A program made the position numbers and the translations under genes. A stretch of DNA of 64,000 nucleotides from Anaerolineaceae bacterium (GTDB taxonomy: Bacteria > Chloroflexota > Anaerolineae > Anaerolineales > Anaerolineaceae). The DNA lies in NCBI GenBank assembly GCA_019429225.1, contig JAHYJK010000002.1:10230-74229 (forward strand). Reading direction: 5' to 3'. A model generated the notes under the pieces. It saw only the letters and a list, made by a program, of their open reading frames with translations, did not search any database and was not told where the DNA came from. Shown here piece by piece: positions 26,488 to 35,108 of the stretch (position 1 is its first letter; each line of letters begins with the position of its first letter).

Positions 26488-28653
26488 TTAGTATCGACCT
26501 CTTGGTTGATATGGCTGTTTTGTTGGCAATTGGTCTTCGGTTACTTTTTCAATTTTTACCGCACAAGCCTTAAATTCCGGAATGAGCGCCTCTGGATCCA
26601 ATGCATCATTCGTCAGAAAATTAGCAGCCGCCTCAGCAAAGTGGAATGGAATAAAAATAACACCTGTAACTGTTTTTTGGGTTACATTGGCTCTTAAAAC
26701 AACTTCACCTCGCCTGGATTTCACTTTTACAACATCCAGGTGATTGATGTTAAATTTTTCTGCGTCTACAGGATTAATTTCAACTAATGCCTGTGAAAAC
26801 AAATCATCGAGCCAGGAGTTGCGCGTTAATGTTCCTCCATGCCAGTGTTCTAATACTCTACCTGTATTGAGAATCAGCGGAAAATCTTTATCAGCTTCTT
26901 CATCAATCGGCTTGAAATCAAGAGGGAAGAATATTGCTTTGCCAATGGGAAAACTCTCAGCATAAAGGAAAGGAGTTCCAGGATGGTTGTCATCCAGTAC
27001 AGGTGTCTGAAGGCCAGTTTTTTCAATTCTGGCATATTTAATTCCGCGGTAGGATGGTACGACCTTTCCAAATTCATCCATGATTTCTTCCGGGTGTTTA
27101 TAATCCCAGTAAGCAGAATTGGGTCTTCCCAATAGTTTTTCAATTTTCCTGGCTAAATCACTAATGATTTCCCAATCTGGACGAGCATTTCCTCGTGGTT
27201 CAATCGCTTTTCTTACCCTCTGAACTCGACGATCAGTATTGGTGAAGGTCCCATCCTTTTCAGCAAAGGTAGTGGCTGGTAAGAAAACATCCGCGTAAGC
27301 ACCGGATTCATTGATAAACAAATCCTGGCAGACGACAAATTCCAGTTCTTGCATATGTTTATGGGCTGCATTCAAGTTTGGTTCCGTCATCATCGGATTT
27401 TCACCCATGATAAACAAACTACGAACACCACCGGGATGCGCGTTCGATAAAATTTCTGTCGTGGTTAGTCCCTTTTCTCTATTTAAACCACCTGGTTCTA
27501 TATTCCAGGCTTTTTCAAAAAATAAAGCAGATTGTTCGTCATCCACTTCCTGGTATCCAGGATAATGCCAGGGCATGGCACCAGCATCCGATGCACCCTG
27601 GACGTTATTCTGACCGCGTAATGGATTTAATCCTGTTCCCCGCTTGCCGACATGTCCTGTCAGTAACGCGAGATTTATGAGGCTGTGTGCGTTGTCGGTG
27701 CCATGTGTGGATTGAGATATCCCTAAAGCCCAATAAATGGCTCCACGTTTCGCATTTGCGTATAAGCGGGCAGCCTGGATGATTTTATCTTTTTCCACAC
27801 CCGTGATCGATTCTACGTATTCGGGGGTGAATTTTTCCATGGCTTTGGAGAAATTTTGAAAATTCTCGGTCCTGTTATCAATGAATTCTTTATTGTAAAG
27901 ATTTTCCTTTAAAATTACATGTGCCATGCCTGAAAAAACAGCAACGTCAGAACCTGGTTTCTCAGCCAACCAAAGCGTTGCATAATTCACCATTTCGATT
28001 CGACGTGGATCCACAACGATAAGTTTTGCTCCATTCTTTTCAATTGCTGCCTTCATCTGTATAGATATGATTGGATGTGTTTCAGTCGTATTCGAACCTG
28101 TGATAATAAATACGTCTGTATCCATAATCTCTGCGGCTGTATTTGACATGGCTGCTGAGCCAATCGCTTTTTGCAGCGCGACAACGCTACCCGCATGGCA
28201 TAAACGTGTACAATGATCCACATTATTGCTGCGGAATAAAGCACGGAATAATTTCTGTAATAAATAATTATCTTCATTCGTTGCTTTTGCACAGCAATAG
28301 ACAGCCATTGCGTTAGAACCATCACGTTGATAAATCTCTACCAGACGTTTGGCTGTGTAATCTAATGCTTCATCCCAGGAGACTTCCTGCCATTCTTCTA
28401 AATTAAATGCCTGTGATCTTGCTCCTGGTTTTTGTGGTGTTTTCCGAATTAAAGGGTTCAAAATTCTGCGTTTATTATAGATGAAATCATAACCGAAGCG
28501 CCCCTTTACGCACAAAGTTCCTTTATTTACGACAGAATCAAAAGGAGCAGTGACTTTATAAATAAAATCATCTTTGATGTGCAATTCCAGATTGCAGCCT
28601 ACGCCACAAAATGGGCAGGTAGTTGTTATAGGTTTGTTAGAAATCATATTCAT
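26488..28653 (-). CDS. fdhA: Formate dehydrogenase catalytic subunit (Mo/W-bis-PGD, Cys-type)
   Basis: ORF 26488..28716. ATG 28653 follows AGAGGA and lies 10 nt after the upstream stop. N-terminal 4Fe-4S motif CPFCGVGC...C, active-site region NVDHCTRLCHAGS (Cys, not an in-frame TGA). Confidence 0.85.
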   Translation of the reverse strand: MNMISNKPITTTCPFCGVGCNLELHIKDDFIYKVTAPFDSVVNKGTLCVKGRFGYDFIYNKRRILNPLIRKTPQKPGARSQAFNLEEWQEVSWDEALDYTAKRLVEIYQRDGSNAMAVYCCAKATNEDNYLLQKLFRALFRSNNVDHCTRLCHAGSVVALQKAIGSAAMSNTAAEIMDTDVFIITGSNTTETHPIISIQMKAAIEKNGAKLIVVDPRRIEMVNYATLWLAEKPGSDVAVFSGMAHVILKENLYNKEFIDNRTENFQNFSKAMEKFTPEYVESITGVEKDKIIQAARLYANAKRGAIYWALGISQSTHGTDNAHSLINLALLTGHVGKRGTGLNPLRGQNNVQGASDAGAMPWHYPGYQEVDDEQSALFFEKAWNIEPGGLNREKGLTTTEILSNAHPGGVRSLFIMGENPMMTEPNLNAAHKHMQELEFVVCQDLFINESGAYADVFLPATTFAEKDGTFTNTDRRVQRVRKAIEPRGNARPDWEIISDLARKIEKLLGRPNSAYWDYKHPEEIMDEFGKVVPSYRGIKYARIEKTGLQTPVLDDNHPGTPFLYAESFPIGKAIFFPLDFKPIDEEADKDFPLILNTGRVLEHWHGGTLTRNSWLDDLFSQALVEINPVDAEKFNINHLDVVKVKSRRGEVVLRANVTQKTVTGVIFIPFHFAEAAANFLTNDALDPEALIPEFKACAVKIEKVTEDQLPTKQPYQPRGRY

Positions 28654-28663
28654 ATTTGTCCTC

Positions 28664-29389
28664 TCACTTTTCAGCCGATGATGTTTGAGGTTTCTTAGTC
28701 TTTTTATTTCGTTCATTGCGCGTCATTTGCATGATTTGATCACTTTCATATCCCAGTTCAAGTAGCCATTGTCGTTTTGGTTTTAAAGCCTCGGTTGGGC
28801 ACACACCAATACACTGGCCACAAAATACACAGGTACTCTCGGTTAATGGTTTCTCAAAGAAAGTACTGATTTGGGTGTGATAACCTCGGCCTTTGAAATT
28901 GATCGCAAAAGCGTATTGAGCATCTTCAGCGCAGACCTGAACACATCGCCAACACAGAATACATTTTTCATAATCACGCACAAACATGGAATTATCATCA
29001 ATTATTGGTGGATTTCGACGTTCAGCATCATTAAATCTATTTTCATCTGCATGATACGCACTTGCAATATCCAGAAGTTGAGGAGATTGGCTGAGGTCTG
29101 AAGTACTTAGCATCATCTCCATAATCGTCTTTCTTGATCTGTTTATCCTTTCATTATGAGTTTCAATAACCATTCCATCTGATACTTTTGCAACACATGA
29201 CGCTATCAGGGTGCGTGCTCCTTTCACCTCAACAACACATATTCGGCAAAGTGCATTCGCAGTGCAATGATCATGAAAACAAATTGTTGGAATATCCACT
29301 CCGACTGATTTTGCAACCTGGAGGATCGTCTGATCTTTTTCACACTCAATTTCCTGTTGATTTATTGTCAACTTAATAGTTTCACCCAT
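28664..29389 (-). CDS. Fe-S subunit (NuoG N-terminal-like: 2Fe-2S plus two 4Fe-4S ferredoxin motifs) of formate dehydrogenase
   Basis: ATG 29389 follows GGAGG and forms an ATGGGTGA overlap with the upstream gene. [19 protein letters not shown]...SC (2Fe-2S). [11 protein letters not shown] and [12 protein letters not shown]. Lys-rich tail. Confidence 0.8.
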   Translation of the reverse strand: MGETIKLTINQQEIECEKDQTILQVAKSVGVDIPTICFHDHCTANALCRICVVEVKGARTLIASCVAKVSDGMVIETHNERINRSRKTIMEMMLSTSDLSQSPQLLDIASAYHADENRFNDAERRNPPIIDDNSMFVRDYEKCILCWRCVQVCAEDAQYAFAINFKGRGYHTQISTFFEKPLTESTCVFCGQCIGVCPTEALKPKRQWLLELGYESDQIMQMTRNERNKKTKKPQTSSAEK

Positions 29390-31136
29390 TTTGACCTCCA
29401 ACAAATTCATTTTTCAATTCCTGGGGGGAAAATAACGTTGGCCACTTTTTGATTGCACTTCCGATTGCTGACCCTGCTGTTTGTCCCAAACCACATAAGG
29501 ATGAGTCAGTCATTGTGACAATAATATCCTCCAGATCGTTGATATCACTACTTTTGACTTTTCGTTTTGCAATTCGTTTCATGATTTCGTGTTGTCTTTG
29601 AGTACCTAACTGACAGGGGAAACATTTTCCACAAGATTCTTCTGCAAAGAAATTAGCCAGTCGTAATAACACATCGCGTAAATCACGGGTTTCATCGAAA
29701 ACTGTGATAACGCCAGACCCCAAAGGTAAACCTTCTTTGCGTAAATCTTCGAAAGAGAGTCTTACATCCAATTGGGAAGGATCTGCCATTGCTCCAGCCG
29801 CGCCACCGATCAAAATAGCCTGAAGAGGGTGCTCAGAACGCATTCCTCCCGCCAGGATTTCTATGACATGCCGTAGGGTTACCCCAAATGGAACTTCATA
29901 TAATCCAGGTTTTTTAACATCTCCCGAAAGACAGAACAACTTCGATCCTGGTGATTTCTCAGTGCCAATGGATTTGTATTCCTCAATTTCCATGGAGAGG
30001 ATGATGGGGATATTTGCCAATGTTTCAACATTATTGATCACTGTCGGTTGACCAAACAATCCATGTGTTGTTGGAAATGGTGGTTTTACGCGAGGAAATC
30101 CTCTTTTTCCTTCAATAGATTCAAATAAGGCAGTTTCTTCACCACATACGTACGCACCAGCACCTCGCCTTATCTCAATATCAAATGAGAAACCGGAACC
30201 AAATATATTTTCTCCAAGATAACCAGCATCTCTTACTTCCTGGACTGCCTCTATTACATGTTTGTATGATGTGAGATATTCACCTCGGATGTAGAAATAT
30301 CCTTTTTGAGCCCCAATTGCATAAGCAGCAATGAGCATACCCTCAATAATCAGATGTGGATCATCTTCCATCAAAACCCGATCTTTAAAAGTACCCGGTT
30401 CTGCTTCATCGCCATTACATACCAGATATTTTGTATTCTCCTCAGCATTGGCTGCACCTTCCCATTTCAAGCCAGTTGGAAAAGCTGCTCCACCACGACC
30501 AACCAGACCAGAGTCTTTTACCTGGTTAATCACTTCTCCTGGATTAAGACTTAATGCTTTTTTGAAACCAACATAGCCACCTGTTTCAAGGTATTGGTCT
30601 AAATTCGTTCTTCGACCCTTTCCACAATTCTTTGTCAGTCTGTGGACGTCACCTCCAAGAATTGTCTGAGGTCTTTTTCTGGATGGTTCAAAAATTTCTT
30701 CCCAGGACTGTAAATCTTTGGAGATCATGGGTTGGCCTTTGACCAACATTGCAGGCGCATGTTCACACAATCCTAAACAGGCAGCGACTTCGATCGTAAT
30801 TCTTGGTTTGACTTCTCCACCAAACTTGAAACTCTCTTTCTGGTTTAGAAGCTTGTAGATCGATTCTGACCCTGCCATTGCACAGGCTGGATCATTACAG
30901 ACATGGACAATTGTTTCACCAATGGGGTGTTTGAAAAATAGTGAATAAAACTCAATAACTCCAAACACATCAGACAATGGAACATTGATTGCATTAGCTA
31001 TTTCCTCTGCAACCGTCTCAGGAATGTAACCATAATGGTCTTGCGCTTCATGTAAAAGTGGTAATAACGCTGTTCTACCTTGTGGCGCTAATAGATTTAT
31101 GGTTTTCTGAATAGGTAGTAGATCCAATTCACTCAT
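29382..31136 (-). CDS. Fused NuoE-like/NuoF-like NAD(H)-binding flavoprotein (FdsG-FdsB / HoxF-like)
   Basis: 584 aa. NuoE part VCNDPAC...CLGLC. NuoF part GRGGAAFPTGLKW, EPGTFKDR, ESCGKCFPCQLG, SLCGLG. Confidence 0.85.
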   Translation of the reverse strand: MSELDLLPIQKTINLLAPQGRTALLPLLHEAQDHYGYIPETVAEEIANAINVPLSDVFGVIEFYSLFFKHPIGETIVHVCNDPACAMAGSESIYKLLNQKESFKFGGEVKPRITIEVAACLGLCEHAPAMLVKGQPMISKDLQSWEEIFEPSRKRPQTILGGDVHRLTKNCGKGRRTNLDQYLETGGYVGFKKALSLNPGEVINQVKDSGLVGRGGAAFPTGLKWEGAANAEENTKYLVCNGDEAEPGTFKDRVLMEDDPHLIIEGMLIAAYAIGAQKGYFYIRGEYLTSYKHVIEAVQEVRDAGYLGENIFGSGFSFDIEIRRGAGAYVCGEETALFESIEGKRGFPRVKPPFPTTHGLFGQPTVINNVETLANIPIILSMEIEEYKSIGTEKSPGSKLFCLSGDVKKPGLYEVPFGVTLRHVIEILAGGMRSEHPLQAILIGGAAGAMADPSQLDVRLSFEDLRKEGLPLGSGVITVFDETRDLRDVLLRLANFFAEESCGKCFPCQLGTQRQHEIMKRIAKRKVKSSDINDLEDIIVTMTDSSLCGLGQTAGSAIGSAIKKWPTLFSPQELKNEFVGGQNG

Positions 31137-31222
31137 TTACTCTCCTTTTTAGCGGATGATTTAATCAGGGATTTTGGACAAAATTACTCTAATATAATTA
31201 ATTATAAGTATAATTATATCTA

Positions 31223-31822
31223 ATGAAAATTTCAATTGTAATTCAAGCAGGTGGTCAATCTTCTCGAATGGGTGAAGACAAGGGTTTGGTTGAGTTGTGT
31301 GGTAAGCCAATGATTCAAAACATCATTGATCGATTGTATCCGTTTGCTGATGAATTGATTATTACCTCAAATCGACCTGGTAGTTATAAAAAATTTGGTC
31401 TTCAGATTTTTGAGGATATTTATAAAGATTATGGAGCTCTTGCTGGATTGCACACTGCTTTATCATCCGCAAGTAATGAAATGGTTTTTGTGATTGCTTG
31501 TGATCTTCCATTTGTTAATATCAGTTTATTCAAATTTATGAAAAATATATTTGAAGCAAAACCTGTAGATCTTGTTATCCCAAGAACAGATAAGGGATAC
31601 GAACCTTTTTATGCTTTTTATAAGAAAAACTCCTGTTTACCTTTGGTTACTGATGCCATTGAATCTGGAAAGAGAAGATTGATTTCCTGGTTTGAAAACG
31701 CTGTGGTATATCCCATATATGAAGATCAATTGCGGGAATTTGATCCGCATCTTAACTCATTTGTGAATATCAATACACCTGATGACCTTGAAGGGGCCCA
31801 AAATAATTGCATTCAGGTTTAA
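31223..31822 (+). CDS. mobA: Molybdenum cofactor guanylyltransferase MobA
   Basis: 199 aa. IVIQAGGQSSRMGEDKGLVELCGKPMI and VIACDLPF. Confidence 0.8.
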   Translation: MKISIVIQAGGQSSRMGEDKGLVELCGKPMIQNIIDRLYPFADELIITSNRPGSYKKFGLQIFEDIYKDYGALAGLHTALSSASNEMVFVIACDLPFVNISLFKFMKNIFEAKPVDLVIPRTDKGYEPFYAFYKKNSCLPLVTDAIESGKRRLISWFENAVVYPIYEDQLREFDPHLNSFVNINTPDDLEGAQNNCIQV

Positions 31823-32598
31823 GCTTTAATTCTATGAGGGTGTGTATAAACCGTAAACTCATTTCTACGGGTATAACCAATTAACGTAATATTGTGTTCA
31901 TCAGCAAATTCAACAGACGACTTTGTTGGGCTTGTACGAGAAACAACAATAGGAGCACCTAACCTGGCAGATTTCTGAATCATCTCAGAGCTTACCCTTC
32001 CCGTTGTTAGGAGAATTTTATTTGACCAGGAATGTTTTTTATCTAACAAGAATAATCCAGCTAATTTATCAATCGTGTTATGGCGTCCGATATCCTCTGC
32101 AATGAGATGAGTAGTATTTCCATCAGACAGTAATGAGCAATGGATCCCTCTTGTTTCTCTATAAACTTCCTGTTTTGAAAGTAAAATTGAAAAAAGGTTT
32201 AAGATCAATTGGGGTTCGACCTGGAAATCGCTATTAATGTAGCTTTCTTTTTGATTTACCATGCTGGTTTTACCGCCAGCACAGCCGGATGTGTTTTCCC
32301 ATTTATCGGGTTTTTTGGCTACATGGTTGAGCCAAACATCAACATTTTTATTATTTTCGCATACCCTGACAACTTCAACCTCGGACACAGATTCAATAAT
32401 GTGTTCATTGTAAAGGAAGCCAATGGCCAGTTCCTCTAACAGAACAGGGGAACAACTGAATGATAACCAGCTTTCACCGTTCACGGTTAAAATGACAGAT
32501 TTTTCTTCCGGTGGTATATGAGTGCTTTTTTTCCAACCATCTTTAGAGAAAGTTATCGGTTGAAAGTTATTTATTTTTTCCATGTGATAATATGCCAT
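31819..32598 (-). CDS. fdhD: Formate dehydrogenase accessory sulfurtransferase FdhD
   Basis: 259 aa. GIHCSLL...EDIGRHNTIDKLAG...LLTTGRVSSEMIQKSARLGAPIVVSRTSPT. Its stop overlaps the mobA stop (TTAA at 31819-31822). Confidence 0.8.
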   Translation of the reverse strand: MAYYHMEKINNFQPITFSKDGWKKSTHIPPEEKSVILTVNGESWLSFSCSPVLLEELAIGFLYNEHIIESVSEVEVVRVCENNKNVDVWLNHVAKKPDKWENTSGCAGGKTSMVNQKESYINSDFQVEPQLILNLFSILLSKQEVYRETRGIHCSLLSDGNTTHLIAEDIGRHNTIDKLAGLFLLDKKHSWSNKILLTTGRVSSEMIQKSARLGAPIVVSRTSPTKSSVEFADEHNITLIGYTRRNEFTVYTHPHRIKA

Positions 32599-32688
32599 TT
32601 ATAATTAAATTTTAAAGATGACGATAATTAAACCACATTTATAGTAAGTGAAAAAGGAAAAAAGGAAATTTACTGTGGAGGGTTTCTG

Positions 32689-33720
32689 ATGCATTTTGAC
32701 AATTTTGATAAGATTCGTGTAATTGATCAAGAAGGCATGGTCGAAAAAATTTGTGATCTGGCAAACCAAATTGAATTAAGCTGGTCGTTTGTTCAAAAAC
32801 AAAAGAATTTGGATTTACCCCTTGTAAAACACATTTACTTTTGTGGGGTGACGAAACAACTTAATGCGATTGATATCCTGCGAGCAATGATGACTGAAAG
32901 TAATTCTGTTGGATTTTCCTCTCATGAAAATGGCAATTTGCCGTTCTGGTGTCAGGGAAAAAATAATTTATTACTTCTTGTTGTGGATCATGATTCTGCA
33001 GAAGAAATGATAGATTTATTGGAACAGGGGATTGAAAAAGAATGTTCCATATTTGTTTTATTTGCTGATCAAAAGATAAAAAATAATTTCTTTACTAAAT
33101 CTATTGCGCATTGGGTATTGCCTGATCACAAATTTGATCGAACAACATTAGGGTTTGATACTTTCATTCTTTATGGAATTCTATACAAATTGGGACTAAC
33201 CCCGGATATTTCTCAAGATATTTCTAATTTGAAATTGAATTTAGAGACAACCATCCAGCATATAGATGTTAATGTCCCATCAGCATTGAATCCGGCAAAG
33301 CGGCTGGCAGGGCAGATGGTTGGCAGGTGGATAAAAATTGTTGCTGGTGGTGTAATGTTACCAATTGCCAATCGTTGGAGTGACCAGATTAACCAGAGCG
33401 CAAAAACATTGTCGAGTTCTGATAATATTTATCATCTTGCACATGGCTCTTTAAGTGGATTTTATAATCCTGAAAACGTTGTTCAACATTCAATGATGGT
33501 TTTTCTTAAATCATGCTTGAATGATCAAAAAATCGAGTGGATGATAGATCGGGTAAAAGAAGAATTAATGTGTAATGGTATTGGAACAGATTCGTACTCC
33601 GCCCGAGGCGGGGATATTCTTTCCCAAATTTGGACAACGATCCTGTTTGGAGATTTTTTGGCGTATTATTTGGCCATAGCTTATGAGTGTGATCCAACAC
33701 CTATCGCATCACTAAGTTGA
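32689..33720 (+). CDS. SIS-domain sugar isomerase, bifunctional phosphoglucose/phosphomannose isomerase-like
   Basis: 343 aa. Overall pattern and the C-terminal block PAKRLAGQMVGRWIKIV..PIANRWSDQINQSAKT resemble the PGI/PMI family. Motif-level call only. Confidence 0.45.
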   Translation: MHFDNFDKIRVIDQEGMVEKICDLANQIELSWSFVQKQKNLDLPLVKHIYFCGVTKQLNAIDILRAMMTESNSVGFSSHENGNLPFWCQGKNNLLLLVVDHDSAEEMIDLLEQGIEKECSIFVLFADQKIKNNFFTKSIAHWVLPDHKFDRTTLGFDTFILYGILYKLGLTPDISQDISNLKLNLETTIQHIDVNVPSALNPAKRLAGQMVGRWIKIVAGGVMLPIANRWSDQINQSAKTLSSSDNIYHLAHGSLSGFYNPENVVQHSMMVFLKSCLNDQKIEWMIDRVKEELMCNGIGTDSYSARGGDILSQIWTTILFGDFLAYYLAIAYECDPTPIASLS

Positions 33721-33731
33721 TCTTAATTATT

Positions 33732-34991
33732 TCAGATAATTGATTTATTATTTCCAAGCACCTGGTTGTAAACTTCTATTATTTTTTCGCTGATAATTTC
33801 CCAGGCATATAATTTAGCATATTCAGCACTTTTACTACCTAATTTATTGCGTAATTCCTTATCTTTGATTAATTCAATTATCCGTTTAGCTAACATTTGG
33901 ACATCATTTCCTGGAACTACGAATCCGGTTTCTCCGTCACGAACCAAAAAAGCAAGCCCCCCAACTTGAGAAGCAACGACTGGTGTACCGCATGCCATCG
34001 CTTCCAATGCAACCATGCCAAACGATTCATAATGGGATGGCATAACAACAATTTCTGAAGCGGAATAATAGTAAGGTAGCATTTGTTGATCCTGTTTTCC
34101 AAGAAAAATGACTAAATTCTCAATTCCTAAATCTTCGACCATATCCTGTAACCGTGCCATCTCTGCATTCATATCTTCATGTTTAGCATTCGGTTCACCA
34201 CCGATAATGACGAGGTTATGAGGACAACACAGAAGTTCTCCGTTTTTTTGAATGATCGAAATCGCTTGAATCAATTTATCGATGCCTTTAAGTGGTTCGA
34301 TTCTGCCAACAAATAAAATTGTTTGGGAGTTTTCTGGAACGCCAACCACTTCTTTTGCCTCATCTTTAGGTATCGGATAAAAATGACGTGTATCGACACC
34401 AGGCGGTATCACTGAAATTTTGGAGGATGGTGCTTCATATAAAAACTCTAATTGGGATTTCTCTGCTAATGTGGCTGCAATGATCCTATTTGCTTTTGAA
34501 ATCACCTTTTTTTCACCAAGAATTCGATACTCGCCTTCCTTTTCCTGTGACGTTTGGGCGATTCGATTTTTCATATGCACAAGTGTATGAAACATTTGGA
34601 TAAATGGAATGTTCCATGACTGAGATAATTCGATAGCTGCCAAGCCACTCATCCAGTAATGACTGTGAATCAAATCGTATTGAATATTCTTTGATTCGGC
34701 AAAGGATTTGATTCCCTGGACAAATTTTGGGATGTACCTTTCCAATTCTGCTTTTGGTAATGGAACTTCAGGACCTGCAGGAATATGCACCACACGATTA
34801 TGGTAGCCTAGATCGTGCAACACATGGGGAACATGTTCATCTTGAGATCGGGTGAACACATCCACTCGAACGCCTAATTTTCCCAACGTTCGGGTTAGTT
34901 GATGAACATAAACATTCATTCCACCAGTGTCTTTACCGCCTAATGTGGCTAATGGACACGTGTGATAAGATAACATTGCAACGTTGATCAT
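33732..34991 (-). CDS. GT4-family glycosyltransferase (MshA-like N-terminus)
   Basis: 419 aa. VAMLSYHTCPLATLGGKDTGGMNVYV. E-x7-E region PSHYESFGMVALEAMACGTPVV. Confidence 0.75.
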   Translation of the reverse strand: MINVAMLSYHTCPLATLGGKDTGGMNVYVHQLTRTLGKLGVRVDVFTRSQDEHVPHVLHDLGYHNRVVHIPAGPEVPLPKAELERYIPKFVQGIKSFAESKNIQYDLIHSHYWMSGLAAIELSQSWNIPFIQMFHTLVHMKNRIAQTSQEKEGEYRILGEKKVISKANRIIAATLAEKSQLEFLYEAPSSKISVIPPGVDTRHFYPIPKDEAKEVVGVPENSQTILFVGRIEPLKGIDKLIQAISIIQKNGELLCCPHNLVIIGGEPNAKHEDMNAEMARLQDMVEDLGIENLVIFLGKQDQQMLPYYYSASEIVVMPSHYESFGMVALEAMACGTPVVASQVGGLAFLVRDGETGFVVPGNDVQMLAKRIIELIKDKELRNKLGSKSAEYAKLYAWEIISEKIIEVYNQVLGNNKSII

Positions 34992-34997
34992 AAATCC

Positions 34998-35026
34998 TTG
35001 CCTATCGTTTTTACTACTGATATAAT
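34998..35026 (+). promoter_or_regulatory. Promoter of tRNA-Thr
   Basis: TTGCCT (34998-35003), 17-nt spacer, TATAAT (35021-35026), about 9 nt before the mature tRNA 5' end. Confidence 0.6.
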
Positions 35027-35035
35027 CTCGCTCGT

Positions 35036-35108
35036 GCCACCGTAGCTCAGTTGGTAGAGCAGACGATTCGTAATCGTCAGGTCATGGGTTCGACTCCCAT
35101 CGGTGGCT
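35036..35108 (+). tRNA. tRNA-Thr (anticodon CGU)
   Basis: Hand-folded cloverleaf: GCCACCG/CGGTGGC acceptor, GCTC/GAGC D-stem, GACGA-TTCGTAA-TCGTC anticodon arm, ATGGG-TTCGACT-CCCAT T-arm. No encoded CCA. Confidence 0.95.

Noticed and set aside
26488-28653. Looked for a selenocysteine (in-frame TGA plus SECIS) in the formate dehydrogenase.
   Set aside because: The ORF is uninterrupted and the active-site position is encoded as Cys (RLCHAGS).
28654-28716. N-terminal extension of the formate dehydrogenase ORF ([21 protein letters not shown]).
   Set aside because: It overlaps the upstream Fe-S gene. ATG 28653 has a good RBS and yields the conserved CPFCGVGC N-terminus.
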